DNA of 20,000 bases from NCBI RefSeq assembly GCF_004010195.1, contig NW_025215379.1, forward strand, positions 193,630-213,629, read 5' to 3'. The DNA comes from Chiloscyllium plagiosum. Its lineage: Eukaryota. Position numbers and translations under genes: made by a program. The notes below the pieces were generated by a model, which worked only from the letters and a program-made list of their open reading frames with translations, did no database searches and was not told the DNA's origin. Positions 1 through 9,373 of this stretch are shown piece after piece (position 1 is the first letter of the stretch; every line of letters starts with the position of its first letter).

Positions 1-60
1 AGGTTCACAACAATGCTCTCCGAAATGTTCGAGCAAAGCACAGTTTATTTAACTGCTAGT

Positions 61-605
61 AAGTATCAATAGAGGAATGAAACTGATGGACCACCTGCGT
101 TGATCTAAACATCAGGACAGACAATGGCAAAATCATGTCTGTTGACCCTGCAAAGTTCTCCTTACTAACATCTGGGTGCTAGCGACTAAATTGGGAGGGC
201 TGCCTTACAGCCTAGTCAAGCAACAGCATGACATGGTTATATTAGTGGAATGAGACCTTACAGGCAATGTCTCAGTTGCTACCATTTTCATCCTTGGGTA
301 TGTCCTGTCCCACCAACAGAACAGACACAGCAGAGGTGGTGACATGGTTTTATATATTTGGAAGAGAATCCCAATGTGGACTCCATACTCCATGAAATCT
401 CACAACATCAACTCAAACGTGGGCAAGGAAACCACCTGCTGACTACTGAGTACCAGCCCTATTCCCAGGCTGATGAATTAGCACTTCTCCGTATTGGGAT
501 ACTCTCAAAGGAAGGACTGATGCGGGATGTGTTTTGGGTGAATGACTTCAATGTCCAACACCTCCGGGAACTTCACTACTGATCAAGGAGTTAAGACCTA
601 GAAGG
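61..605 (+). mobile_element. Degenerate non-LTR retrotransposon, N-terminal part of the APE endonuclease domain (old CR1/L2/RTE-X-like family; clade uncertain)
   Basis: Broken frames give LVKQQHDMVILVE, ILGYVLSHQQNRHSRGGD, HQLKRGQGNHLLTTEYQP and VFWVNDFNV. These correspond in order to the APE D..I.LxE, RGGG, YRPP and GDFN motifs, with stops and frameshifts. Confidence 0.75.
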
Positions 606-606
606 T

Positions 607-944
607 GGTTTCATTTTTTTGAGACTTTGTAATGATTGGTACAACTGAATGGCTTGCTTGGCCAGTTCAGAGGGCTATTCAGAGTTAACCATGTTGCTGT
701 GGGTCTGGAATCACATGTAGGCCAGATCAGGTGAGGATAGCAGATTTCCTTCTCTGAAGGACATTAGTAAACCAAATGGGTTTTTCTGACAATGGACATC
801 TGTAGATTCTTATTTCCAATTTTTTTTAAATTATTGAATTTAAACTCCACCATTTAACATGGGGGGTTTTGAACCTGGGTCTCCATATTAGTAGAGTATC
901 AGGATTAATAGTCTAGCGATAATATCACTAGGCTATCATTTCCC
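607..944 (-). mobile_element. tRNA-headed SINE-like element or 5' end of a retroposon (head and body shared with 7455-7830)
   Basis: The minus strand starts gggaaatgatagcctagtga (A-box-like), then ggttcaaaacc (B-box-like). The body ctaatgtccttcagagaaggaaatctgc...ctacatgtgattccagacccacagcaacatggttaactct aligns with the + copy at 7455-7740. Confidence 0.75.
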
Positions 945-1297
945 TTTAAAGGGATTTGGTCTGGTATCAAAGATGATATTTCCATTTGTAAGGGAGAAGC
1001 TAGGGGTGAATATAATTTTTTTAAATCAATTATTCCAATAGGGAATTCTAAACACTCCAAAATGTAGCCAGATTGGGAAACTCAGTGTCACAAAAAATAA
1101 TGCAGATAAATAGTACAGATGTATTTATGCTGAACCTAGGTAAGCACATGAGGGAGAAAGGAATAGAAGAATATGTTGGTAAGGTAAGGTGAAAAAGATG
1201 AGGAGAAAGTGAGGACTGCAGATCCTGGTGATCAGAGTGAGAGTGTGGTGCTGGAAAAACACAGCAGGTTAGGCAGCATTGGAGGAGCAGGAGAACC

Positions 1298-1325
1298 GAT
1301 GTTTCGGGCATAAACCCTTCATCAG
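1298..1325 (-). ncRNA. Minimal hammerhead ribozyme motif (PLE type)
   Basis: Minus strand reads CUGAUGA-A-GGGU-UUAU-GCCC-GAAAC-AUC: conserved core with a 4-bp stem II. Confidence 0.65.
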
Positions 1326-1339
1326 AAATGAGGGCCTTC

Positions 1340-1367
1340 CTGATGAAGGGCTTATGCCCGAAACGTC
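1340..1367 (+). ncRNA. Minimal hammerhead ribozyme motif (PLE type)
   Basis: CUGAUGA-A-GGGC-UUAU-GCCC-GAAAC-GUC. Stem III is the palindrome ACGU and the cleavage triplet is GUC. Confidence 0.75.
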
Positions 1368-1594
1368 AATTCTCCTGCTCCTTGGATGCTGCCTGACCTG
1401 CTGTGCTTTTCCAGCACCACTCTGTCAACTAAGATGAAAAAGATGTCGGGGTGTTCATGTGAAGCATAAAAATAATATTTTTAATCAACCAGTGCAGATA
1501 TGCTATGACACACATTCTTGGCAGGAAAGATTTAAATTCAAATGTTCTACTCTATGAATGGGATTCTTAGCACTGCCCTTACAAGGCACCCACA

Positions 1595-1647
1595 TGCAGC
1601 TTGACCTCACCATCTTCAACTGCTTCATCAATTACTTTTCCCCCGCT
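1595..1647 (+). mobile_element. Tiny RT fragment of the old LINE family seen at 12150-12358
   Basis: Translates LDLTIFNCFINYF, a decayed LGPTIFxxFINDL; similar to 12296-12337. Confidence 0.4.
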
Positions 1648-1990
1648 CATAGAATCCCTACAGTGTGGAAACAGGCCCTTCAGCCCAACGTCCACACCGA
1701 GCCTCTGAAGAGGAACCCACCTACACCCCTTTCCCGAACCTATCACTCTACATTTACCCCTGACTAATGCACCTGACCTACACATCCCTGAACACTATGC
1801 GCAATTAAGCATGGCTAATTCACCTAACCTGCACATCTTTGGACTGTGGGAGGAAACCAGACCACCCGGAGGAAGCCCATGCAGACACGGGCAGAATGTG
1901 CAAACTCCACACAGACAGTCGCTCGAGACTAGAATCGAACCCGAGTCCCTGGTGCTGTGAGGCAGCAGTGCTAAACAATGAGTCACTGTC
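1648..1990 (-). mobile_element. HE1-type V-SINE, near full length
   Basis: tRNA head on the minus strand with B box gggttcgattc, V-domain-like body gtgtggagtttgcacattctgcccgtgtctgc, and a CR1/HER1-like tail ggcctgtttccacactgtagggattctatg. Near-collinear with 2908-3258. Confidence 0.9.
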
Positions 1991-2724
1991 ATGGGGTTAG
2001 AATTGGGATTTTCACTGATGACTGGGTGGTGTTCAGCATCACTGGCACGTTTGGCTAAAAATACTTGTTCATTTGAACTACTTCAGTTAAGGATGGACTG
2101 CTTCATTTTCCTTGATGGAGAATTTAAATATTTTCATTCCAAGTTTATCCCAGAGGAAAACAAAGCTGTCAAATACAAAATAAATTATTCAGTCAGCTGT
2201 CAAAATCAGAACACCCTTATGTTTTATCCATTCTGAAAGAACTGTCTGTGTTTTGAGTTTAGCGTTTTTTATGCAAGAGCAGATATGTTCTTCTGTCATT
2301 GTTAACAATGTCAGATAACATAAGCTGAGCTGTTGTTTGTATTAATCATCATCATTTATGATAATTTGAGTTTCAGATAAATCATAGTTTGAAAAGCAAA
2401 ATTGAAATGGAAGTAATGAATATTGGAATCTTACGTAAAAATGACAGCACTAAAATCGATTTGAAATATAGTTCGAATCCGAAAGGTTAACCAAGAGGTT
2501 GTCATTGCAAGAATGCCTGTAACCATTATGATGTTTTTGTAATCCACTTCAACAACAATCTTTTATGCATTTATTAAGAAAATCTATTTATTTTCACATA
2601 CATCCACCTCAAATTAAAGCAATGTCACACATATAGTCTCTCTCGCAGGCACATGCACAAAGACTGAATATGGGTAAAAGTAGTGCACTTTCACAAATTG
2701 CAGTTAATTCAGTCTCTAGTTTTA

Positions 2725-2910
2725 GAATCATAGAATCCATGTAGTTTGGAATCAGGCCTTTTGGCCCATTGACTTTACACCAACCTTCCAAAGGGCACCC
2801 CATCCAGACTTACCCCCTATACCCTGCATTTCACATGGCTAATTCACCTAGCCTGCATGTTCCTGGACACCACGGGCAATTTAGAATGGCCAATTCACCC
2901 AACGTACACA
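2725..2910 (-). mobile_element. HE1-type SINE, 3' half
   Basis: Tail repeat gaatcatagaatc and body ggctaattcacctagcctgca / ggcaatttagaatggccaattcacc match the other HE1 copies. Confidence 0.8.
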
Positions 2911-3258
2911 TAGAAATCATAGAAACCCTACAGTGTGGAAACAGGCCCTTCAGCCCAACAAGTCCACACCGACCCTCTGAAGAGTATCCCACCTATCCTA
3001 TTACTCTACATTTGCCCTGACTAATGCACCTAACCTTCACATCCTGGAACATTATGGGCAATTTAACATGGCCAATTCACCCAACCTGCACTTCTTGATC
3101 TTTGGATTGTGGGAGAAACCAGAGCATCTGGAGGAAACCCAAGCAGACATGGGGAGAATGTGCAAACTCCAAACAGACAGTCGCCCGAGGCTGGAATCAA
3201 ACCTGGGTCTCTGGCACTGTGAGGCAGCAGTGCTAATCACTGAGCCATTGTGCCACCC
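2908..3258 (-). mobile_element. HE1-type V-SINE, full length
   Basis: Aligns end to end with 1648-1990. Minus-strand start gggtggcacaatggctcagtg (A box), B box ggtttgattcc. Possible TSD acatagaa at 2908-2915 and 3263-3270. Confidence 0.9.
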
Positions 3259-3348
3259 ATTGACATAGAAGATATTCAAAACTAGCAATGCCTTCCAATT
3301 AGATTTACAAGTTATATTACAGTGCAGCTATAAAGAAACATAATATGA

Positions 3349-3620
3349 AACAAAGAACCGCAGAGATTGAAGGTCTGAAACAAAAACAGAAATTGCTGGA
3401 GAAACTCAGCAAGTCTGGTAGGACATATGGAAAGAACATAGAGTTAACATTTCAAGTCTGGTGACTTTCCATCAGAACTGTTAGCAGCAGGGAACAAACA
3501 TGTATTTATGCTGAAGCTGAAATTGGAGGATGTGTATGTGCGTACATGAGCATCTGTATGCCCAGATAGGTGGAGACAAAATCCAGAGAGAGAAAGATAT
3601 GAAAGAGATAGGTAAAAAAC
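3349..3620 (-). mobile_element. Older Penelope-like pLTR/3' fragment (second family)
   Basis: Same layout as the other PLE ends: a gcaga...ctggagaaactcagcaagtctgg terminus next to a hammerhead motif, followed by a purine-rich tract on +. Confidence 0.6.
3442..3479 (-). ncRNA. Degenerate minimal hammerhead motif
   Basis: Minus strand reads AGUU-CUGAUGG-A-AAGUC-ACCA-GACUU-GAAAU-GUU-AACU. Stem I AGUU/AACU and stem II AAGUC/GACUU are intact; there are two substitutions in the core and stem III. Confidence 0.6.
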
Positions 3621-3621
3621 A

Positions 3622-3760
3622 ATCTTTGGACTGTGGAGGAAACCAGAGCACCTGGAGGAAACTCATGCAGAGCAAACTCCATACAGATAGTCACTCAAGG
3701 ATGGAATCGTACCTCATTCCCTGGCACTGTGAAGCAGCAGAGCTAACCACTGAGCCACCA
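3622..3760 (-). mobile_element. HE1-type SINE, 5' half
   Basis: atctttggactgtggaggaaaccagagcacctggagg...ctaaccactgagccacc matches the HE1 head and V-domain. Confidence 0.85.
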
Positions 3761-4199
3761 TTTTCCATATGACAGCTCCATAAAAAGGATTATTAAATGA
3801 ATTTGATGCTTTGAAATTGAAGTAAGAGTCTTAAAAAGTGAAGGGTTCTCATTGTGTTATGAAGTTTCCTGTAAATCATTATCTAGGAATAAGGAATTTT
3901 AAAAATCCGGCATAGTGTTTTTGTGTTGGCTTATCCTTGAGCAATGATATATGAATTCCACACATGGCTGTGAGGTACTCTCAACTATGTCCATGTTTAT
4001 TTTAGTATTTCCTAGTGATTTGCTGCTGTCTATATTCCAAAAGCAAAAGTCACATTATTTGGGGAAGCCATCTTAACAGCTTGCTCATGCCTAATTTTTA
4101 AAAACGGGTGGCTGAGAATTCACAATATACGATGGCAATGACAAAGTGTTATGGTTAAGATTGTAGTTAAATAATATTGTTCTATTTGACCACTATATC

Positions 4200-4540
4200 T
4201 TGATTTTTTGCTATTTTTATGATTTTGAATACATCTTCATTTTGTGTACATTTTGATTGTGCAGATAGAGAGAAATTGTACCCATGGTGGGAGAGTTGAG
4301 AATGAGACAACACAGAATTAAACTGATTGGCGGAGGAAAGAAAAGCAACATGAGGAAAACTAACATTTTTATGCAGCAAGTGATTATGATCTGGAATACA
4401 CTGCCTGAAAGGATGGTGGACACAAATGAAATTTCATAACGAGCTGGACAAACAGCTCAAGGAGAAGGATTTTCAGGGTGACTTATCACTCTGTGCAACT
4501 TGAATTCAGTGCTGGGAGAGTGATGAATTGATGGATTTAA
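4200..4540 (+). mobile_element. Highly degenerate CR1 ORF2 C-terminus/3' region
   Basis: tttttatgcagcaagtgattatgatctggaatacactgcctgaaaggatggtgga = FMQQVIMIWNTLPERMV, matching the CR1 FxQRVVxxWNxLP motif. Confidence 0.65.
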
Positions 4541-4689
4541 GTGAGGAGGAGAAGGACCTTTCTTTTAACTTTTTCATCTTGTAGAAATTGGTTATTACTT
4601 TTACCTTTAAGTATTCCATTTATAGGCACAAGAGAGCAAGTTCTCATTGACATTTTCAGGAAAGAAAGAGGTTATTTGACCTATCGTAT

Positions 4690-4920
4690 CTACGCCACCC
4701 AACAAAGGTCTGACCACACTATTCCTGTTTCCAGCTCTGGCTGATAGCTCTGGAGGCTGTGGCAATACAAGAGAATACCTAACAGTTGTTTGGATATTAT
4801 GAGATTTTCTGACACACCCTCTTGTTCAGATAGTGAGTTACAGAATCCCAAAAGGTTTTGAATGTAAAACATTCTCCTCAACCCCCTTCTTAGCCTTATA
4901 CCTCTTATCCTAAATCTGTC
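4690..4920 (-). mobile_element. Degenerate CR1 3'-end fragment
   Basis: Minus strand gaggagaatgttttac...ggattctgtaactcactatctgaa is a remnant of the R.N.F...WNSL motif; similar layout to 7186-7406. Confidence 0.5.
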
Positions 4921-4969
4921 TCTGATAAATCCACATCTTATTAAAAGCTGATATATTCTGCTCTTCAGA

Positions 4970-5390
4970 ATTCTAATAATTTCTTCACCTTGGAGATAAA
5001 ATTGACTGACCTGTATTTCTAAGTCTATTTTTACCCTTTCTTTTAATAATAAGACAATGTTAGCAGTCCTTCAATCCTTTGACACCTTGTGTATGGCCAG
5101 AGAAGATTGCCAAAGTCCCGAATATTGCTTCCTTTGCCTTCCTCAGCAGCCTGGAAAACATTTCATCTGGCTATCGGACATATCCATTTTTAAGGCTAAA
5201 TCTTCTCATATCTCCTTTCTCTCGATTAATTTCTTATGATATTTCATAATCCTCCGTGTGATGTCTATACCCGAACTTTCAATTATGAAGACCGACACAA
5301 AGTATTCAGTGAGGACTCTGGCCACATATTGCGTGTCTACACACAAATTACCTCCAGGGTGAGCAATTCTACTTGCTCATTTTTAATGTC
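4970..5390 (-). mobile_element. Degenerate CR1 ORF2 fragment (pre-RT / RT N-terminal region)
   Basis: Minus strand aaatacaggtcagtcaatttt (NYRPVSL-like), gaaggactgctaacattgtc (WxxANxxP-like) and tccgatagccagatgaaatgttttccaggctgctgagg (SPGPD..PRLL-like). Confidence 0.6.
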
Positions 5391-5454
5391 CAGTTAATAA
5401 TAAATATTTTACAGCTGCACAGGATAGATGAAAGGAGAGTGATAGAATGACAGT

Positions 5455-5680
5455 GACTTCTTGTGGTCTCGTGGGTATGGCCCTCTTTCTGAGCTAGGAG
5501 GCCCAAGTTCATTCTTGATGAAGGGCTCCTGCCCAAAACGTTGATTTTCCTGCTCCTCGGATGCTGCCTGACCTGCTGTGTTTTTCCAGCAGCACGCTAA
5601 TTTTGGCCCAAGTTCAAGTCCCACTTGTGCCAGAGGTGTGAAATAACATCTCTGAACAGTTCGATCAGAAAAGTATCTGG
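5455..5680 (+). mobile_element. Short tRNA-derived SINE-like element, split at its B box by a PLE-derived insert
   Basis: A-box-like tggtctcgtggg; removing the insert restores ...gagctaggaggcccaagttcaagtcccac (B box gttcaagtcc). Confidence 0.55.
5512..5604 (+). mobile_element. Minimal PLE-derived insertion (decayed hammerhead plus 3' end) with a 12-bp TSD
   Basis: ttgatgaagggctcctgcccaaaacgttg...gatgctgcctgacctgctgtg matches 1340-1420. Perfect direct repeat ggcccaagttca at 5500-5511 and 5605-5616. Confidence 0.85.
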
Positions 5681-5740
5681 GAAAAACTGTAGAATTGAGG
5701 ATTTGCTATTTTATGGAACAATCGGATATTTCTGCGGCCC

Positions 5741-5826
5741 CACATAGGAACAGGAGTAGACCACTCAGCCTCTCAAGCCTGTTCCACCATTCAATGAGCT
5801 TGTGGCCTAACTAATACCTGCCTTTG
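5741..5826 (-). mobile_element. CR1-type 3' terminal fragment
   Basis: ataggaacaggagtagaccactcagcctctcaagcctgttccaccattcaat is the reverse complement of a CR1 3'UTR stem-loop terminus. Confidence 0.55.
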
Positions 5827-6597
5827 AGATCCTCAAGTCTCTTTGGACATTTTCTGTGTTTAACTTAATACGTCTAGAAAGTAAACTGATCTAGCCTTTT
5901 TCGGTCCAAAATGGATAGCCTCGCACTTGCTTATATTGAACTCCATTTTCTACAGTTTTACCCATTCACTTAATCTATCAAAATCCCTTTTGTGCTATTA
6001 TCTACAGTGCCATGTAACATTATTGCCAAATATTGCCAAATTTGGACCTATAACTTTTTATGTCACTATCCAATTCAAAAATAAGTGAAAAATTGAGGCC
6101 CTAACACAGATTCTTGTGGGACCCCACTGGTCACATCCTGCCAACTTGAGTACCTATCCGTTTTCCCTGCCATTCAACCAGTTTTCCAACCATTTTGATA
6201 ATTTATCTTCAAATCTGTGGGCTTCTACTTTAGTTAACATTCTCTAATGTGGGACGTTATCAAATGCCTTCTGAAATCCATAAAACAACATCAAGAGACA
6301 TTCCTCTATCCTGTAACTTATTCACCTCTACAAAAAAATTCCATGAAGTTTGTCAAGCATGACCTACCTGTCATGAATTCATTCTAGATCTTCCTAATTA
6401 ACTGAAAATTTTCAAAGTGCCCAGTTACCCCATCCTTGATTATAGACTTCAATAATGTCCTCACCATAAACGTTAGGCTAACTGGTCTGTAATTCTCAGG
6501 TTTTCCTTTTTCAGCCTTCTTAAAAAAGGCTCGTGACTTGAGCAATTTTCCAAGCCAGAGGAGTGACTCCTGTATCTAAGAAACACTGAAAAATGTG
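5827..6597 (-). mobile_element. Degenerate CR1 reverse-transcriptase fragment
   Basis: Minus-strand peptides FKKAEKGKPENYRPVSLT, MDF/KAFDNVPH, SGVPQESVLGP and MEFNISKCEAIHFG. Confidence 0.85.
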
Positions 6598-7450
6598 ACT
6601 CCAGGATTATGTTGTTTCCTTGGCACCAGGGTCAAAGATATCACATCGCTGGAAATTCTTCTGTGAGAGGGTGATCCATTAGAAATGACGGTCTTTGTTG
6701 GTATTAATGACCTAAATAGGAAGTGGGGATATGATCCTGCAATCAGAATTTACAGAGAGAGAAAGTTAGCAAACAGCACCTCTAATGTAGTAATCTTAGA
6801 TTATAACCATTGCCCCCTACACATAATAAAGGAATAGAGGCTAAAACAGATGAACTTGTATCTGGAAAGGTAGAATAGGTGGACGTTGCAATTAGCTCTG
6901 TGGTTGATGGCAGTTACACAAGCAGAATGGGTTGCATCTGAACAGAGCCAAGTCTAAGTACCTTGCAGGCAGTTTCCGAATGCAGTTGGAGAGGATATAT
7001 TCTTAAATTTATAGTGGTGTGAGAGCCAGGAGAGAACATCAGAAAAAAATACCAGAGTGCATAAAATACTGAGAGACACAAATAGCACTAAAATGTAAAA
7101 AAGTAACTTAATAAATAGGATTGGAATAAGGAAGTCATTAAAGCAATGTAAACCAGGGTGATAGTGCGTGTATGTGTATGCTTTGAGGCACAGAAGTCCA
7201 CAGCACAGAAAAAGGCCCTTCAACTCATTGAGTCTGTGCCAATCAAAAACAAGCACTTAACTATTCCAATCGCATTTCTGGCACTTGGCCCTTAGCATTG
7301 TAGCCTTTGCATTGCAAGAGCATATCTAAACACTTCTGAAATGTTATGAGAGTTTCTGCCTCAACCACCCTTAGAGGCAAAGAGTTGTGGATTCCACCAT
7401 TACTCATGCAGTATAGTCAATAACATTGATGACTTACACACATTCACCAG
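6598..7450 (+). mobile_element. Degenerate CR1 ORF1 (SGNH esterase-like) to ORF2 start, interrupted at 7186-7406
   Basis: tgttgtttccttggcaccagggtcaaagatatc (CCFLGTRVKDI) and gttggtattaatgac (VGIND) parallel 18912-19025. 7407-7440 resembles the (NARS)IVNKIDEL start of ORF2. Confidence 0.7.
7186..7406 (-). mobile_element. CR1 3'-end fragment
   Basis: cagcacagaaaaaggcccttc terminus and ttctgcctcaaccacc (VVEAE on minus); similar to 11852-12149. Confidence 0.75.
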
Positions 7451-7454
7451 GATA

Positions 7455-7830
7455 GTGGTGGTGGCATAGCAGTAATATCACTGAATCAGAATCCCAGTCT
7501 AAAGTTCTTAGGGCCATGGGTACAAATCCCACTATAACAGATAGTGAAATTTGATTTCAATTTTTAAAAAATGGAATTAAAAGTCAGTCTAATGGTGGGC
7601 ATGTAATTATTGCTATTTTTAAAAGAAAAGCTATTTACTTCACTAATAACCTACAGGGAGGGAAATATGCCATCTTTTCTTGATTTGATCTCTACATGAC
7701 TCCAGACACATAGCAATGAGGTTGACTCTTAAATGACTCTGCAAGTCACTCAAATCAGCAACAAATCAGATGGACAACAAACATGGCCCTTGCCAGAGAT
7801 GCCCACATCATGTTTGAAAATAAAGAAAAT
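7455..7830 (+). mobile_element. tRNA-derived SINE with A-rich tail (head and body as 607-944)
   Basis: A-box-like tggcatagcag, B-box-like ggtacaaatcc, shared body, 3' end ggcccttgccagagatgcccacatc...aaaataaagaaaa. Confidence 0.7.
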
Positions 7831-7839
7831 TTAAATAAA

Positions 7840-8107
7840 GGTTATATTCTCTCAAAAGGAACAGGTAGAGCAAACAAATCTAGTGCTTCTTGAATCAAAA
7901 AAGAAATAGGAATTAAGACAAAGAAGGAAAAGTGCTCATGAAGTTGTAAAATGGAAAATATCGTTAAGAACCAGGCTGAGCATTGAGAATTGAGAAATGA
8001 AGAAACAATTAAGAAGCAAACAATTATGAAAAGAGACTGACACCTAACATAATTGGAAACCCTCAAGTCTCTCTTTGGCTGCATAATTAGTAAGAGACTG
8101 ATTAAAG
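7840..8107 (+). mobile_element. Degenerate CR1 ORF2 linker between endonuclease and RT
   Basis: tatgaaaagagactgacacctaacataattggaaaccctcaagtc = YEKRLTPNIIGNPQV, matching the CR1 YExxLAxxIKxNPK motif, followed by ISKR. Confidence 0.65.
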
Positions 8108-8499
8108 CAGATGGCCAGTCACTCAGAATGGTCAGAGGCAGGATCCTCTCCACATTCGGGGTAACTAACTGTGTATCAGGCAGCCAAACGCCTTTCTGAA
8201 CTCTTTCTGTTCTATTGGCGCTGCTTTCCTTCTGGAATGAATGAAAAGCAAGTATTAATGGAAATGAAAGTGGATGGTACAGCATCTACTTTTGATACAG
8301 TTGGAACATGCCCCAGGCAAGTGATTAAGCAGTGCAGAGGACATGCATGATTAGTGATGTTGGAGATTGGGGTGGGTGAGAGCAAGTGAGGGAAGACATT
8401 ACAGGCAATAGAAATTGGTGGAGCATGAGCCTTGGTTGGAAGTGAGTACAGCATCACAGATAAAGTGAGTGTGAGATCGCACAGTGAAATTTTCAATGC

Positions 8500-8720
8500 T
8501 CTCACTGGTGGAGTGGAGATGGAGACCTCCTTCCTACAGTAATATACTTGCCTCTTGATAGCTGAAACTGTACTGACCCACATGACAACCCTGGGACCAG
8601 GCTGACATGTTGTGACCTCCACTATTGGTTTTGGTGAAGAGGGCATTCTGTCTCTCCGCCATCCTACCAGCAGGACTCCAGGTCCCTGAATGCAAAATAT
8701 CATTTAAATTTCCCCATGTC
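8500..8720 (-). mobile_element. Probable decayed Myb/SANT-like (trihelix) coding fragment of a PIF/Harbinger transposon
   Basis: Joining minus frames gives FAFRDLE/VLLVG/MAERQNALFT...SAWSQ/VVMWVSTVSAIKRQVYYCRKEV, resembling F..DLE.LL...W..VA..VS.V...R...QCRKK. Needs several frameshifts. Confidence 0.45.
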
Positions 8721-9373
8721 TGAGACGTATGTCAAGAACTGTGCAGGGCAATTCAGGACTGACAAAACCTGTCTGGGTGCACAACGAGCTTTTAAAGATG
8801 GTATGTGCATGTAAGGGATGCCAGTTTTTCAAAGGATATCAAATGAGTGATGTGCTGTTCCAGGAACTGTACATGGTAAGGTGAGGTTAGAATTGGGCAT
8901 GAGAGATGCCAAAGAGGTGGAGTAGGTAGTTAATGCAGCATGTTTGTTCAGATATGATGGTAAATCCCGTTTGGTCTCAGAGCAAGTATTCTCCAAAAAC
9001 AATTCAACCTCATATTGCCTCAAAAAAAACATAACATTCAGCCTATAGATACAACAAAAACAGCTTTCACTTAGGCAAATTATTGAGAATGCAAATAACA
9101 TTCTATAATATGATACTGCAGTTTACAATATTTAATTACTTTGATGTCGTATCAGTGTCATCACACACACCATGTTCTTTCGAGATTTTTTGCTTACAAT
9201 AACTTTCATTAGAAGACATAAACAAGTGATCAAACACTTATCTCAAAATAAGCCCCAATTTTTCAAGGAATTGGCTTAAAGGTCGGAGACAGAGGGTTGT
9301 TTTTCAGACTGGAGGCCTGTGACCAGTTGTGTACCAAGAATGGTGCTGGATCCATTGCCTTTCATCTGTTATA

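Larger units (their letters stand above)
1201..1429. mobile_element. Non-autonomous Penelope-derived fold-back element (two inverted pLTR ends) with a 16-bp TSD
   Basis: Arms 1245-1328 and 1337-1420 are reverse complements. Flanking direct repeat taaggtgaaaaagatg (1185-1200) / taagatgaaaaagatg (1430-1445). Homologous to 5512-5604, 9615-9710 and 19912-20000. Confidence 0.85.
1040..1480 (+). mobile_element. Old CR1 3'-end remnant, interrupted by the fold-back PLE-derived element
   Basis: ctaggtaagcacatgagggagaaaggaatagaagaatatg resembles the CR1 ORF2 end/3'UTR (compare 10520-10570). Boundaries are approximate. Confidence 0.45.

Noticed and set aside
1201..1429. MITE (DNA transposon) or pre-miRNA interpretation of the hairpin
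   Set aside because: The arms are asymmetric, the TSD is long, and single-arm homologs are attached to a PLE ORF end at 9374-9710, which indicates retroelement origin.
2471..2480. Perfect Pol III B box GTTCGAATCC
   Set aside because: No upstream A box or cloverleaf, so not a tRNA gene; a lone 10-mer could be chance.
1648..3760. Short ORFs such as 3068-3268 and 3052-3288 as host genes
   Set aside because: They lie wholly in HE1 SINE copies, and the same peptides recur in each copy.
7842..8703. 147-aa and 163-aa minus-strand ORFs as intact genes
   Set aside because: The first is largely antisense to a CR1 linker; the second resembles Myb/SANT only in parts and needs frameshifts.
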